The notes below the pieces were generated by a model. It was not told the origin of the DNA, searched no databases, and saw only the letters and a program-made list of their open reading frames with translations. From the human T2T-CHM13v2.0 reference genome, Homo sapiens, in the NCBI RefSeq assembly GCF_009914755.1, contig NC_060933.1: a stretch of 64,000 bases of DNA; one strand, written 5' to 3'. This document shows positions 40,620-55,059 of the stretch, piece after piece; positions within the stretch are counted from its first letter, which is position 1, and every line of letters begins with the position of its first letter. Both the position numbers and the translations under genes were made by a program.

Positions 40620-43600
40620 ATGGAACGGAATGGAATGGAATGGGTTCAACTCGAATGGAATGGAAAGGAATGGAATCAACACGAGTGGAATGGCATGGAA
40701 TGGAATGGAATTGAAAGAAATGGAATGGAATGGAATGGAATGAAATGTAATGGAATGGAAAGGAATAGAATCAACACGAGTGGAATGGCATGGAATGGAA
40801 TGGAATTGAATGAAATGGAATGGAATGGAATGGAATGAAATGTAATGGAATGGAGTGGAATGGAATCAACCCGAGTGCAATGTAATGGAATGGAATGGAA
40901 TGCAATGGAATGGAATGGATTCAACCCGAATGGAATTAAAAGGAATGGAATATACCCGAGTGGAATGGCATGGAATGGAGTGGAATGGAATGGAATGGAA
41001 TGGTACGGAATAGAATGGAATGTAACGAAATGGAATGGAAGGGAATGGAATGGAATGGAATGGAATGAACCCGTGTGCAATGGAATGGAATGGAATGGAA
41101 TGGAATAGAATGGAATGGATTCAACTCTAATGGAATGCAAGGGAATGGAATCAACGCGAGTGGAATGGCATGGAATGGAATGGAATGGAATGAAATGGAA
41201 TGGAATGGAGTGGAATGGAATGGTACGGAATAGAATGGAATGGAAAGAAATGGAATGGAAAGAAATGGAATGGAATGGAATGGAATGGATTGGAATGGAA
41301 TGGAATGGAATCAACCCGAGTGCAGGGGAATGGAATGGAATTGAAGGCAATGGAATGGAATAATCCGGAATTGAATGGAATGGAATGGAATCAACTCGAT
41401 TGCAATGGAATGGAATGGAATGGAATGGAATGGAATGGAATGGAATGGAATGGAATTAACCCGAATAGAATGGAATGGAATGGAATGGAATGGAATGGAA
41501 TGGTACGGAATAGAATGGAATGGAACGAAATGGAATGGAATGAAATGGAATGGAATGGAATGGAATGGAATCAACCCGACTGCAGGGGAATGGAATGGAA
41601 TTGAAGGCAATGGAATGGAATCATCCGGAATTGAATGGAATGGAATGGAATCAACTCGATTGCAATGGAATGGAATGGAATGGAATGGAATGGAATTAAC
41701 CCGAATAGAATGGAATGGAATGGAATGGAATGGAATGGAATGGAATGGAAGTAAATGGAATGGAATGTAATGAACCCGAGTGCAGGGGAATGGAATGGAA
41801 TGGAATGCAATGGAATGGAGTCATCCGGAATGGAACAGAAAGGAATGGAATGGAATGAACCCGTGTGCAATGGAATGGAATCGAATGGAATGGAATGGAA
41901 TGGAATGGATTCAACTCTAATGGAATGGAAGGGAATGGAATCAACGCGAGTGGAATGGCATGGAATGGAATGGAATGGAAAGGAATGGAATGGAGTGGAA
42001 TGGAATGGTACGGAATAGAATGGAATGGAACGAAATGGAATGGAATGAAATGGAATGGAATGGAATGGAATGGAATGGAATGGAATGGAATGGAATGGAA
42101 TCAACCCGAGTGCAGGGGAATGGAATGGAATTGAAGGCAATGGAATGGAATCATCCGGAATTGAATGGAATGGAATGGAATGAACTCGATTGCAATGGAA
42201 TGGAATGTAATGTAATGGAATGGAATGGAATGAAATGGAATGGAATTAACCCGAATAGAATGGAATGGAATGGAATGGAATGGTACGGAATAGAATGGAA
42301 TGGAACCAAATGGAATGGAATGAAATGGAATGGAATGGAATGGAATGGAATGGAATCAACCCGACTGCAGGGGAATGGAATGGAATTTAAGGCAATGGAA
42401 TGGAATCATCCGGAATTGAATGGAATGGAATGGAATCAACTCGCTTGCAATGGAATGGAATGGAATGGAATGGAATGGAATGGAATGGAATGGAATGGAA
42501 TGGAATTAACCCGAATAGAATGGAATGGAATGGAATGGAATGGAATGGAAGTAAATGGAATGGAATGTAATGAACCCGAGTGCAGGGGAATGGAATGGAA
42601 TGGAATGCAATGGAATGGAGTCATCCGGAATGGAACAGAAAGGAATGGAATGGAATCAACCCGTGTGCAATGGAATGGAAAGGAATGGAATGGAATGGAA
42701 TGGAATGGAATGGAATGGAATGGAATGGAATGGATTCAACCCGAATGGAATGGAAAGGAAGGGAATCAACCCAAGTGGAATGGCATGGAATGGAATGGAA
42801 TGGAATGGAATGGAATGGTACCGAATGGAATGGAATGGAACCAAATGGAATAGAATGGAATGGAATGGAATGGAATGGAATCATCCCGAGTGCAATGGAA
42901 TGGAGTGGAATGGAATGGAATGGAATGGAAACAACCCGAATGGAATGGAATGAAATGGAGTGTAAGGGAATTGAATACAATCAATCCGAATGTAATGGAA
43001 TGGAATGGAACGGAATGGAATGGAATGGAATGGAATGCAGTGGAATGGAATCAAACCTAGTGCAATGGAATGGAATGGAATGGAATGGAATGGAATGGAA
43101 TGGAATGGATTCAATCCAAATGGAATGGAAAGCAATGGAATCAACCCGAGTGGAATGGCATGGAATGGAATGGAATGGAATGGAACGGAATGGAATGGAA
43201 TCAACTCGATTGCAATGGAATGTAATGGAATGGAATGGAATGCAATTAACGCGAATAGAATGGAATGGAATGGAAAGGAACGGAATGGAATGGAATGGAA
43301 TGGAATCGAATGGAATCAACCTGAGTGCAGGGGAATGGAATGGAATGGAATGCAATGGAATGTAATGGAATGGAATGCAATGGAATCAACTCGATTGCAA
43401 TGGGATGGAATGGAATGGAATGGAAGGGAAAGGAATAGAATGGAATTAACCTGAACAGAATGGAATGGAATGGAATGGAACGGAATGGAATGGAACGGAA
43501 TGGAATGGAATTGAATGGAATGAACCCGTGTGCAATGGAATGGAATGGAATGGAATGGAATGGAATGGAATGGGTTCAACTCGAATGGAATGGAAAGGAA

Positions 43601-46600
43601 TGGAATCAACACGAGTGGAATGGCATGGAATGGAATGGAATGGAATGGAATGGAATGGAATGGAATGGAATGAAATGTAATGTAATGGAATGGAATGGAA
43701 TCAACCCGACTGCAGTGTAATGGAATCGAATGGAATGGAATGGAATGGAATGGATTCAACACGAATGTAATGGAAAGGAATGGAATAAACCCGCGTGGAA
43801 TGGCATGGAATGGAGTGGAATGGAATGAAATGTAAAGGAATGGAATGGAATGGAATCAACCCGAGTGCAATGTAATGGAATCGAATGGAATGGAATGGAA
43901 AGGAATGGATTCAACCAGAATGGAATGGAAAGGAATGGAATAAACCCGAGTGGAATGGCATGGAATGGAGAGGAATGGAATGGAATGGGATGGAATGGAA
44001 TGGTACGGAATAGAATGGAATGGAAGGAAATGGAATGGAATGGAATGGAATGGAATGGAATGGAATGGAATGGAATGAACCCGTGTGCAATGGAATGGAA
44101 TCGAATGGAATGGAATGGATTGGAATGGATTGAACTCGAATGGAATGGAAAGGAATGGAATCAACCCGAGTGGAATGGCATGGAATGGAATGGAATGGAA
44201 TGGAATGGAATGGAATGGAATGGTACGGAATAGAATGGAAAGGAACGAAATGGAATGGAATGAAATGGAATGGAATGGAATGAAATGGAATGGAATCAAC
44301 CCGAGTGCAGGGGAATGGAATGGAATTGAAGGCAATGGAATGGAAACATCCGGAATTGAATGGAATGGAATGGAATCAACTCGATTGCAATGGAATGGAA
44401 TGGAATGGAATGGAATGGAATGGAATTGAATGGAATGCAATGGAATGGAATTAACCCGAATAGAATGGAATGGAATGGAATGGAAGTAAATGGAATGGAA
44501 GGTAATGAACCCGAGTGCAGGGGAATGGAATGGAATGGAATGGAATGCTATGGAATGGAGTCATCCGGAATGGAACGGAAAGGAACGGAATGGAACCAAC
44601 CCGTGTGCAATGGAATGGAAAGGAATGGAATGGAATGGAATGGAATGGAATGGATTCAACCCGAATGGAATGGAAAGGAAGGGAATCAACCCAAGTGGAA
44701 TGGCATGGAATGGAATGGATTGGAATGGAATGGAATGGAATGGTACCGAATAGAATGGAATGGAAGGAAATGGAATAGAATGGAATGGAATGGAATGCAA
44801 TCAACCCGAGTGCAATGGAATGGAGTGGAATGGATTGGAATGGAATGGAAACAACCTGAATGGAATGGAATGAAATGGAGTGTAAGGGAATTGAATACAA
44901 TCAATCCGAATGTAATGGAATGGAATGGAATGGAATGGAATGGAATGGAATGGAATGGAATGCAGTGGAATGGAATCAAACCTAGTGCAATGGAATAGAA
45001 TGGAATGGAATGGAATGGAATGGAATGGAATGGAATGGAATGGAATGGATTCAACCCAAATGGAATGGAAAGCCATGGAATCAACCCGAGTGGAATGGCA
45101 TGGAATGGAATGGAATGGAATGGTACGGAATACAATGCAATGGAACGAAATGGAATGGAATGGAATGGAATGGAATGCAATCATTCCGAGTGGAATAGAA
45201 GGGAATGAATTCGAGTGGAATGGAAAAGAATGGAATCAACCAGAGTGGAATGGAAGGGAATGGAATGGAATGGAAACTAATAAAATGGAATCAAAACGAG
45301 TGGAATGGAATGGAAAGGACTTGAATCGAATGGAATGGAATGGAATGGAATGGAATGGAATCAACTCGATTGCTATGGAATGTAAGGGAATGGAATGGAA
45401 TGGAATTAACACGAATAGAATGGAATGGAATGGAATGGAATTAACCCGAATAGAATGGAATGGAATGGAATGGAATGGAATGGAATCAACCTGAGTGCAG
45501 GGGAATGGAATGCAATGGAATGCAATGGAATGGAATGGAATGGAATGCAATGGAATCAACTAGATTGCAATGGAATGGAATGGAATGGAATGGAATGGAA
45601 TGGAATGGAAGGGAATGGAATGGAATGGAATTAACCTGAACAGAATGGAATGGAATGGAATGGAATGGAATGGAATGGAACGGAATGGAATGGAATGGAA
45701 TGGAATGGAATCAACCCGAGTGCAGGGGAATGGAATGGAATGGAATGCAATGGAATGGAATCATCCGGAATGGAATTGAATGGAATGGAATGCAATGGAA
45801 TGGAATCAATCAACCCGAGTGCAATGCAATGGAGTGTAATGGAATCGAATGGAATGGAAACTACCCGAATGGAATGGAATGTAATGGAGTGTAAGGGAAT
45901 TGAAAAGAATCAATCCGAATGTAATGGAATGGAATGGAACGGAATGAAATGGAATGGCATGGAATGGAATGGAATCAACCCGAGTGCAATGGAATGGAAT
46001 TGAACGGAATGGAATGGAAAGGAATGGATTCAACCCGAATGGAATGGAAAGGAATGTAATAAACCCGAGTGGAATGGGATGGAATGGAATGAAATGGAGT
46101 GGAATGGAATGGAATGGAATGGAATGGTACGGAATAGAATGGAATGGAACGAAATGGAATAGAATGGAATGGAATGGAATGGAATGAAACCGTGTGCAAT
46201 GGAATGGAATGGAATGGAATGGAATGGAATGGAATGGAATGGGTTCGACTCGAATGGAATGGAATGGAATGGAATCAACCCGAGTGGAATGGCATGGAAT
46301 GGAATGGAATGGAATGGAATGCAATGGAATGGAAACAACACGAGTGCAATGTAATGGAATCGAATGGAATGGAATGGAATGGAATGGAATGGAATGGATT
46401 CAACCCGAATGGAATGGAAAGGAATGGAATAAACCCGAGTGGAATGGCATGGAAAGGAGTCTAATGGAATGGAATGGAATGGAATGGTATGGAATAGAAT
46501 GGAATGGAACGAAATGGAATGGAATGGAATGGAATGGAATGAACCCGTGTGCAATGGAATGGAATGGAATGGAATGGAATGGAATGGATTCAACTCGAAT

Positions 46601-49600
46601 GGAATGGAAAGGAATGGAATCAACCCGAGTGGAATGGCATGGAATGGAATGGAATGGAATGGAATGGAATGGAATTAACCCTAATAGAATGGAATGGAAT
46701 GGAATGGAATGGAATGGAATGTAATGGAATGGAATGGAAGGAAATGGAATGGAATGGAATGGAATGGAATGGAATGGAATGGAATGGAATGGTACGGAAT
46801 AGAATGGAATGGAACGAAATGGAATGGAATGGAATGGAATGGAATGGAATGGAATGGAATCAACCCGAGTGCAGGGAAATGGAATGGAATGGAAGGCAAT
46901 GGAATGACATCATTCGGAATTGAATGGAATGGAATGGAATGGAATGGAATCAACTCGATTGAAATGGAATGGAATGGAATGGAATGGAATGGATTAAACC
47001 CGAATGGAATTAAAAGGAATGGAATATACCCGAGTGGAATGGCATGGAATGGAGTGGAATGGAATGGAATGGAATGGAATGGAACGGAATGGAATGGAAT
47101 GGGTTCAACTCGAATGGAATGGAAAGGAATGGAATCAACACGAGTGGAATGGCATGGAATGGAATGGAATTGAAAGAAATGGAATGGAATGGAATGGAAT
47201 GAAATGTAATGGAATGGAAAGGAATAGAATCAACACGAGTGGAATGGCATGGAATGGAATGGAATTGAATGAAATGGAATGGAATGGAATGGAATGAAAT
47301 GTAATGGAATGGAGTGGAATGGAATCAACCCGAGTGCAATGTAATGGAATGGAATGGAATGCAATGGAATGGAATGGATTCAACCCGAATGGAATTAAAA
47401 GGAATGGAATATACCCGAGTGGAATGGCATGGAATGGAGTGGAATGGAATGGAATGGAATGGTACGGAATAGAATGGAATGTAACGAAATGGAATGGAAG
47501 GGAATGGAATGGAATGGAATGGAATGAACCCGTGTGCAATGGAATGGAATGGAATGGAATGGAATAGAATGGAATGGATTCAACTCTAATGGAATGCAAG
47601 GGAATGGAATCAACGCGAGTGGAATGGCATGGAATGGAATGGAATGGAATGGAATGGAATGGAATGGAGTGGAATGGAATGGTATGGAATAGAATGGAAT
47701 GGAAAGAAATGGAATGGAAAGAAATGGAATGGAATGGAATGGAATGGATTGGAATGGAATGGAATGGAATCAACCCGAGTGCAGGGGAATGGAATGGAAT
47801 TGAAGGCAATGGAATGGAATAATCCGGAATTGAATGGAATGGAATGGAATCAACTCGATTGCAATGGAATGGAATGGAATGGAATGGAATGGAATGTAAT
47901 GGAATGGAATGGAATTAACCCGAATAGAATGGAATGGAATGGAATGGAATGGAATGGAATGGTACGGAATAGAATGGAATGGAACGAAATGGAATGGAAT
48001 GAAATGGAATGGAATGGAATGGAATGGAATCAACCCGACTGCAGGGGAATGGAATGGAATTGAAGGCAATGGAATGGAATCATCCGGAATTGAATGGAAT
48101 GGAATGGAATCAACTCGATTGCAATGGAATGGAATGGAATGGAATGGAATGGAATTAACCCGAATAGAATGGAATGGAATGGAATGGAATGGAATGGAAT
48201 GGAATGGAAGTAAATGGAATGGAATGTAATGAACCCGAGTGCAGGGGAATGGAATGGAATGGAATGCAATGGAATGGAGTCATCCGGAATGGAACAGAAA
48301 GGAATGGAATGGAATGAACCCGTGTGCAATGGAATGGAATCGAATGGAATGGAATGGAATGGAATGGATTCAACTCTAATGGAATGGAAGGGAATGGAAT
48401 CAACGCGAGTGGAATGGCATGGAATGGAATGGAATGGAAAGGAATGGAATGGAGTGGAATGGAATGGTACGGAATAGAATGGAATGGAACGAAATGGAAT
48501 GGAATGAAATGGAATGGAATGGAATGGAATGGAATGGAATGGAATGGAATGGAATGGAATCAACCCGAGTGCAGGGGAATGGAATGGAATTGAAGGCAAT
48601 GGAATGGAATCATCCGGAATTGAATGGAATGGAATGGAATGAACTCGATTGCAATGGAATGGAATGTAATGTAATGGAATGGAATGGAATGGAATGGAAT
48701 GGAATTAACCCGAATAGAATGGAATGGAATGGAATGGAATGGAATGGTACGGAATAGAATGGAATGGAACCAAATGGAATGGAATGAAATGGAATGGAAT
48801 GGAATGGAATGGAATGGAATCAACCCGACTGCAGGGGAATGGAATGGAATTTAAGGCAATGGAATGGAATCATCCGGAATTGAATGGAATGGAATGGAAT
48901 CAACTCGCTTGCAATGGAATGGAATGGAATGGAATGGAATGGAATGGAATGGAATGGAATGGAATGGAATTAACCCGAATAGAATGGAATGGAATGGAAT
49001 GGAATGGAATGGAAGTAAATGGAATGGAATGTAATGAACCCGAGTGCAGGGGAATGGAATGGAATGGAATGCAATGGAATGGAGTCATCCGGAATGGAAC
49101 AGAAAGGAATGGAATGGAATCAACCCGTGTGCAATGGAATGGAAAGGAATGGAATGGAATGGAATGGAATGGAATGGAATGGAATGGAATGGATTCAACC
49201 CGAATGGAATGGAAAGGAAGGGAATCAACCCAAGTGGAATGGCATGGAATGGAATGGAATGGAATGGAATGGAATGGTACCGAATAGAATGGAATGGAAC
49301 CAAATGGAATAGAATGGAATGGAATGGAATGGAATGGAATCATCCCGAGTGCAATGGAATGGAGTGGAATGGAATGGAATGGAATGGAAACAACCCGAAT
49401 GGAATGGAATGAAATGGAGTGTAAGGGAATTGAATACAATCAATCCGAATGTAATGGAATGGAATGGAACGGAATGGAATGGAATGGAATGGAATGCAGT
49501 GGAATGGAATCAAACCTAGTGCAATGGAATGGAATGGAATGGAATGGAATGGAATGGAATGGAATGGAATGGAAGTAAATGGAATGGAATTTAATGAACC

Positions 49601-52600
49601 CGAGTGCAGGGGAATGGAATGGAATGGAATGCAATGGAATGGAGTCATCCGGAATGGAACAGAAAGGAATGGAATGGAATCAACCCGTGTGCAATGGAAT
49701 GGAAAGGAATGGAATGGAATGGAATGGAATGGAATGGAATGCATTCAACCCGAATGGAATGGAAAGGAAGGGAATCAACCCAAGTGGAATGGCATGGAAT
49801 GGAATGGAATGGAATGGAATGGAATGGTACCGAATAGAATGGAATGGAACCAAATGGAATAGAATGGAATGGAATGGAATGGAATGGAATCATCCCGAGT
49901 GCAATGGAATGGAGTGGAATGGAATGGAATGGAATGGAAACAACCCGAATGGAATGGAATGAAATGGAGTGTAAGGGAATTGAATACAATCAATCCGAAT
50001 GTAATGGAATGGAATGGAACGGAATGGAATGGAATGGAATGGAATGCAGTGGAATGGAATCAAACCTAGTGCAATGGAATGGAATGGAATGGAATGGAAT
50101 GGAATGGAATGGAATGGAATGGATTCAATCCAAATGGAATGGAAAGCAATGGAATCAACCCGAGTGGAATGGCATGGAATGGAATGGAATGGAATGGAAT
50201 GGAATGGAATGGAACGGAATAGAACGGAATGGACCGAAATGGAATGGAATGGAATGGAATGGAACGGAATGGAATGGAATCAACTCGATTGCAATGGAAT
50301 GTAATGTAATGGAATGGAATGCAATTAACGCGAATAGAATGGAATGGAATGGAAAGGAACGGAATGGAATGGAATGGAATGGAATCGAATGGAATCAACC
50401 TGAGTGCAGGGGAATGGAATGGAATGGAATGCAATGGAATGTAATGGAATGGAATGCAATGGAATCAACTCGACTGCAATGGGATGGAATGGAATGGAAT
50501 GGAAGGGAAAGGAATAGAATGGAATTAACCTGAACAGAATGGAATGGAATGGAATGGAACGGAATGGAATGGAACGGAATGGAATGGAATGGAATGGAAT
50601 GAACCCGTGTGCAATGGAATGGAATGGAATGGAATGGAATGGAATGGGTTCAACTCGAATGGAATGGAAAGGAATGGAATCAACACGAGTGGAATGGCAT
50701 GGAATGGAATGGAATGGAATGGAATGGAATGGAATGGAATGGAATGAAATGTAATGTAATGGAATGGAATGGAATCAACCCGAGTGCAGTGTAATGGAAT
50801 CGAATGGAATGGAATGGAATGGAATGGATTCAACACGAATGTAATGGAAAGGAATGGAATAAACCCGCGTGCAATGGCATGGAATGGAGTGGAATGGAAT
50901 GAAATGTAAAGGAATGGAATGGAATGGAATCAACCCGAGTGCAATGTAATGGAATCGAATGGAATGGAATGGAATGGAATGGATTCAACCAGAATGGAAT
51001 GGAAAGGAATGGAATAAACCCCAGTGGAATGGCATGGAATGGAGTGGAATGGAATGGAATGGAATGGTACGGAATAGAATGGAATGGAAGGAAATGGAAT
51101 GGAATGGAATGGAATGGAATGGAATGGAATGGAATGAACCCGTGTGCAATAGAATGGAATCGAATGGAATGGAATGGATTGGAATGGATTGAACTCGAAT
51201 GGAATGGAAAGGAATGGAATCAACCCGAGTGGAATGGCATGGAATGGAATGGAATGGAATGGAATGGAATGGAATGGAATGGAATGGAATGGTACGGAAT
51301 AGAATGGAAAGGAACGAAATGGAATGGAATGAAATGGAACGGAATGGAATGGAATGGAATGGAATCAACCCGAGTGCAGGGGAATGGAATGGAATTGAAG
51401 GCAATGGAATGGAATCATCCGGAATTGAATGGAATGGAATGGAATCAACTCGATTGCAATGGAATGGAATGGAATGGAATGGAATGGAATGGAATGGAAT
51501 GTAATTAACCCGAATAGAATGGAATGGAATGGAATGGAAGTAAATGAATTGGAAGGTAATGAACCCGAGTGCAGGGCAATGGAATGGAATGGAATGGAAT
51601 GCAATGGAATGGAGTCATCTGGAATGGAACGGAGAGGAACGGAATGGAACCAACCCGTGTGCAATGGAATGGAAAGGAATGGAATGGAATGGAATGGAAT
51701 GGAATGGATTCAACCCGAATGGAATGGAAAGGAAGGGAATCAACCCAAGTGGAATGGCATGGAATGGAATGGATTGGAATGGAATGGAATGGAATGGTAC
51801 CGAATAGAATGGAATGGAAGGAAATGGAATAGAATGGAATGGAATGGAATGCAATCAACCCGAGTGCAATGGAATGGAGTGGAATGGATTGGAATGGAAT
51901 GGAAACAACCTGAATGGAATGGAATGAAATGGAGTGTAAGGGAATTGAATACAATCAATCCGAATGTAATGGAATGGAATGGAATGGAACGGAATGGAAT
52001 GGAATGGAATGGAATGCAGTGGAATGGAATCAAACCTAGTGCAATGGAATAGAATGGAATGGAATGGAATGGAATGGAATGGAATGGAATGGAATGGATT
52101 CAACCCAAATGGAATGGAAAGCCATGGAATCAACCCGAGTGGAATGGCATGGAATGGAATGGAATGGAATGGTACGGAATAGAATGCAATGGAACGAAAT
52201 GGAATGGAATGGAATGGAATGGAATGGAATGGAATGGAATGGAATACAATCATTCCGAGTGGAATAGAAGGGAATGAATTCGAGTGGAATGGAAAGGAAT
52301 GGAATCAACCAGAGTGGAATGGAAGGGAATGGAATGGAATGGAAACTAATAAAATGGAATGAAAACGAGTGGAATGGAATGGAAAGGACTTGAATGGAAT
52401 GGAATGGAATGGAATGGAATGGAATGGAATGGAATGGAATCAACTCGATTGCTATGGAATGTAAGGGAATGGAATGGAATGGAATTAACCCGAATAGAAT
52501 GGAATGGAATGGAATGGAATGGAATGGAATGGAATCAACCTGAGTGCAGGGGAATGGAATGCAATGGAATGCAATGGAATGGAATGGAATGCAATGGAAT

Positions 52601-53750
52601 CAACTAGATTGCAATGGAATGGAATGGAATGGAATGGAATGGAATGGAATGGAAGGGAATGGAATGGATTGGAATTAACCTGAACAGAATGGAATGGAAT
52701 GGAATGGAATGGAATGCAATGGAATGGAACGGAATGGAATGGAATGGAATGGAATGGAATCAACCAGAGTGCAGGGGAATGCAATGGAATGGAATGCAAT
52801 GGAATGGAATCATCCGGAATGGAATTGAATGGAATGGAATGCAATGGAATGGAATCAATCAACCCGAGTGCAATGCAATGGAGTGTAATGGAATCGAATG
52901 GAATGGAAACTACCCGAATGGAATGGAATGTAATGGAGTGTAAGGGAATTAAAAAGAATCAATCCGAATGTAATGGAATGGAATGGAACGGAATGAAATG
53001 GAATGGCATGGAATGGAATGGAATCAACCCGAGTGCAATGGAATGGAATTGAACTGAATGGAATGGAAAGGAATGGATTCAACCCGAATGGAATGGAAAG
53101 GAATGTAATAAACCCGAGTGGAATGGCATGGAATGGAATGAAATGGAGTGGAATGGAATGGAATGGAATGGAATGGTACGGAATAGAATGTAATGGAACG
53201 AAATGGAATAGAATGGAATGGAATGGAATGGAATGAAACCGTGTGCAATGGAATGGAATGGAATGGAATGGAATGGAATGGAATGGAATGGAATGGAATG
53301 GGTTCGACTCGAATGGAATGGAATGGAATGGAATCAACCCGAGTGGAATGGCATGGAATGGAATGGAATGGAATGGAATGGAATGGAAACAACACGAGTG
53401 CAATGTAATGGAATCGAATGGAATGGAATGGAATGGAATGGAATGGATTCAACCCGAATGGAATGGAAAGGAATGGAATAAACCCGAGTGGAATGGCATG
53501 GAATGGAGTCTAATGGAATGGAATGGAATGGAATGGTATGGAATAGAATGGAATGGAACGAAATGGAATGGAATGGAATGGAATGGAATGGAATGGAATG
53601 AAATGAACCCGTGTGCAATGGAATGGAATGGAATGGAATGGAATGGAATGGAATGGAATGAGTTCAACTCGAATGGAATGGAAAGGAATGGAATCAACCC
53701 GAGTAGAATGGCATGGAATGGAATGGAATGGAATGGAATGGAATGGAATG
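40620..53750 (+). repeat. Large tandem duplication: copy 1 about 40620-47080, copy 2 about 47080-53750
   Basis: Identical or near-identical translated ORFs at offset 6459 (40676/47135, 41755/48214, 42860/49319). After an internal duplication the offset becomes 7049-7079 (43460/50539, 45954/53003). Confidence 0.9.
49015..50120 (+). repeat. Tandem duplication, about 550-560 bp x2, nested in copy 2 of the large duplication
   Basis: The block GGAAGTAAAT...GGAACAGAAAGG...CAACCCAAGT...GGTACCGAATAG...CATCCCGAGT...CAAACCTAGT occurs twice. Identical ORFs at 49225/49775 and 49319/49869. Confidence 0.88.
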
Positions 53751-55059
53751 GAATGGTACGGAATAGAATGGAATGGAGCGAAATGGAATGGAATGGAATG
53801 GAATGGAATGGAATGGAGTGGAATGAAATCGTGTGCAATGGAATGGAATGGAATGGAATGGAATGGAATGGAATGGAATAGAGTGGAATGGAATGGAATG
53901 GAATGGAGTGGAATGGAATGGAATGGGTTCAACTCCAATGGAATGGAAAGGAATGGAATCAACCCGAGTGGAGTGTCATGGAATGGAATGGAATAGGATG
54001 GAATGGAATGGAATGGAATCATCCCGAGTGCAATGTAATGGAATCGAAAGGAATGGAATGGAATGGAATGGAATGGATTCAACCCGAATGGAATGAAAAG
54101 AAATGGAATAAACCCGAGTGGAATGGCATGGAATGGAGTGGAATTGAATGGAATGGAATGGTACAGAATAGAATGGAATGGAACGAAATGGAATGGAATA
54201 GAATGGAATGGAATGGAATGGAATGGAATGGAATGAACCCGTGTGCAATGGAATGGAATGGAATGGAATGGAATGGAATGGAATGGAATGGAATGGATTC
54301 AACTCGAATGGAATGGAAGGGAAAGGAATCAACCCGAGTGGAATGGCATGGAATGGAGTGGAATGGAATGCAATGGAATGGAATGGAATAGAATGGAATG
54401 GAATGGAATAGTACAGAATAAAATGGAATGGAACGAAATGGAATGGAATGAAATGGAATGGAATGGAATGGAATGGAATGGAATGGAATGGTATGGAAAG
54501 GAATGGAATGGAATGGTACGGAATATAATGGAATGGAACGAAATGGAATGGAATGAAATGGAATGGAATGGAATGGAATCAACCCGAGTGCAGGGGAATG
54601 GAATGGAATTGAAGGCAATGGAATGGAATCATCCGGAATTGAATGGAATGGAATGGAATCAACTCGATTGCAATGGAATGGAATGGAATGGAATGGAATG
54701 GAATGGAATGGAATGGAATGGAATGGAATGGAATGGAATTAACCCGAATAGAATGGAATGGAATGGAATGGAATGGAATGGAATGGAATGGTACGGAATA
54801 GAATGGAATGGAACGAAATGGAACGGAATGAAATGGAATGGAATGGAATGGAATGGAATGGAATGGAATGGAATCAACCCGAGTGCAGGGGAATGGAATG
54901 GAATTGAAGGCAATGGAATGGAATCATCCGGAATGGAATGGAATGGAATGGAATCAACTCGATTGCAATGGAATGGAATGGAATGGAATGGAATGGAATG
55001 GAATGGAATGGAATGGAATTAATCCGAATAGAATGTAATAGAATGGAATGGAATGGAAT

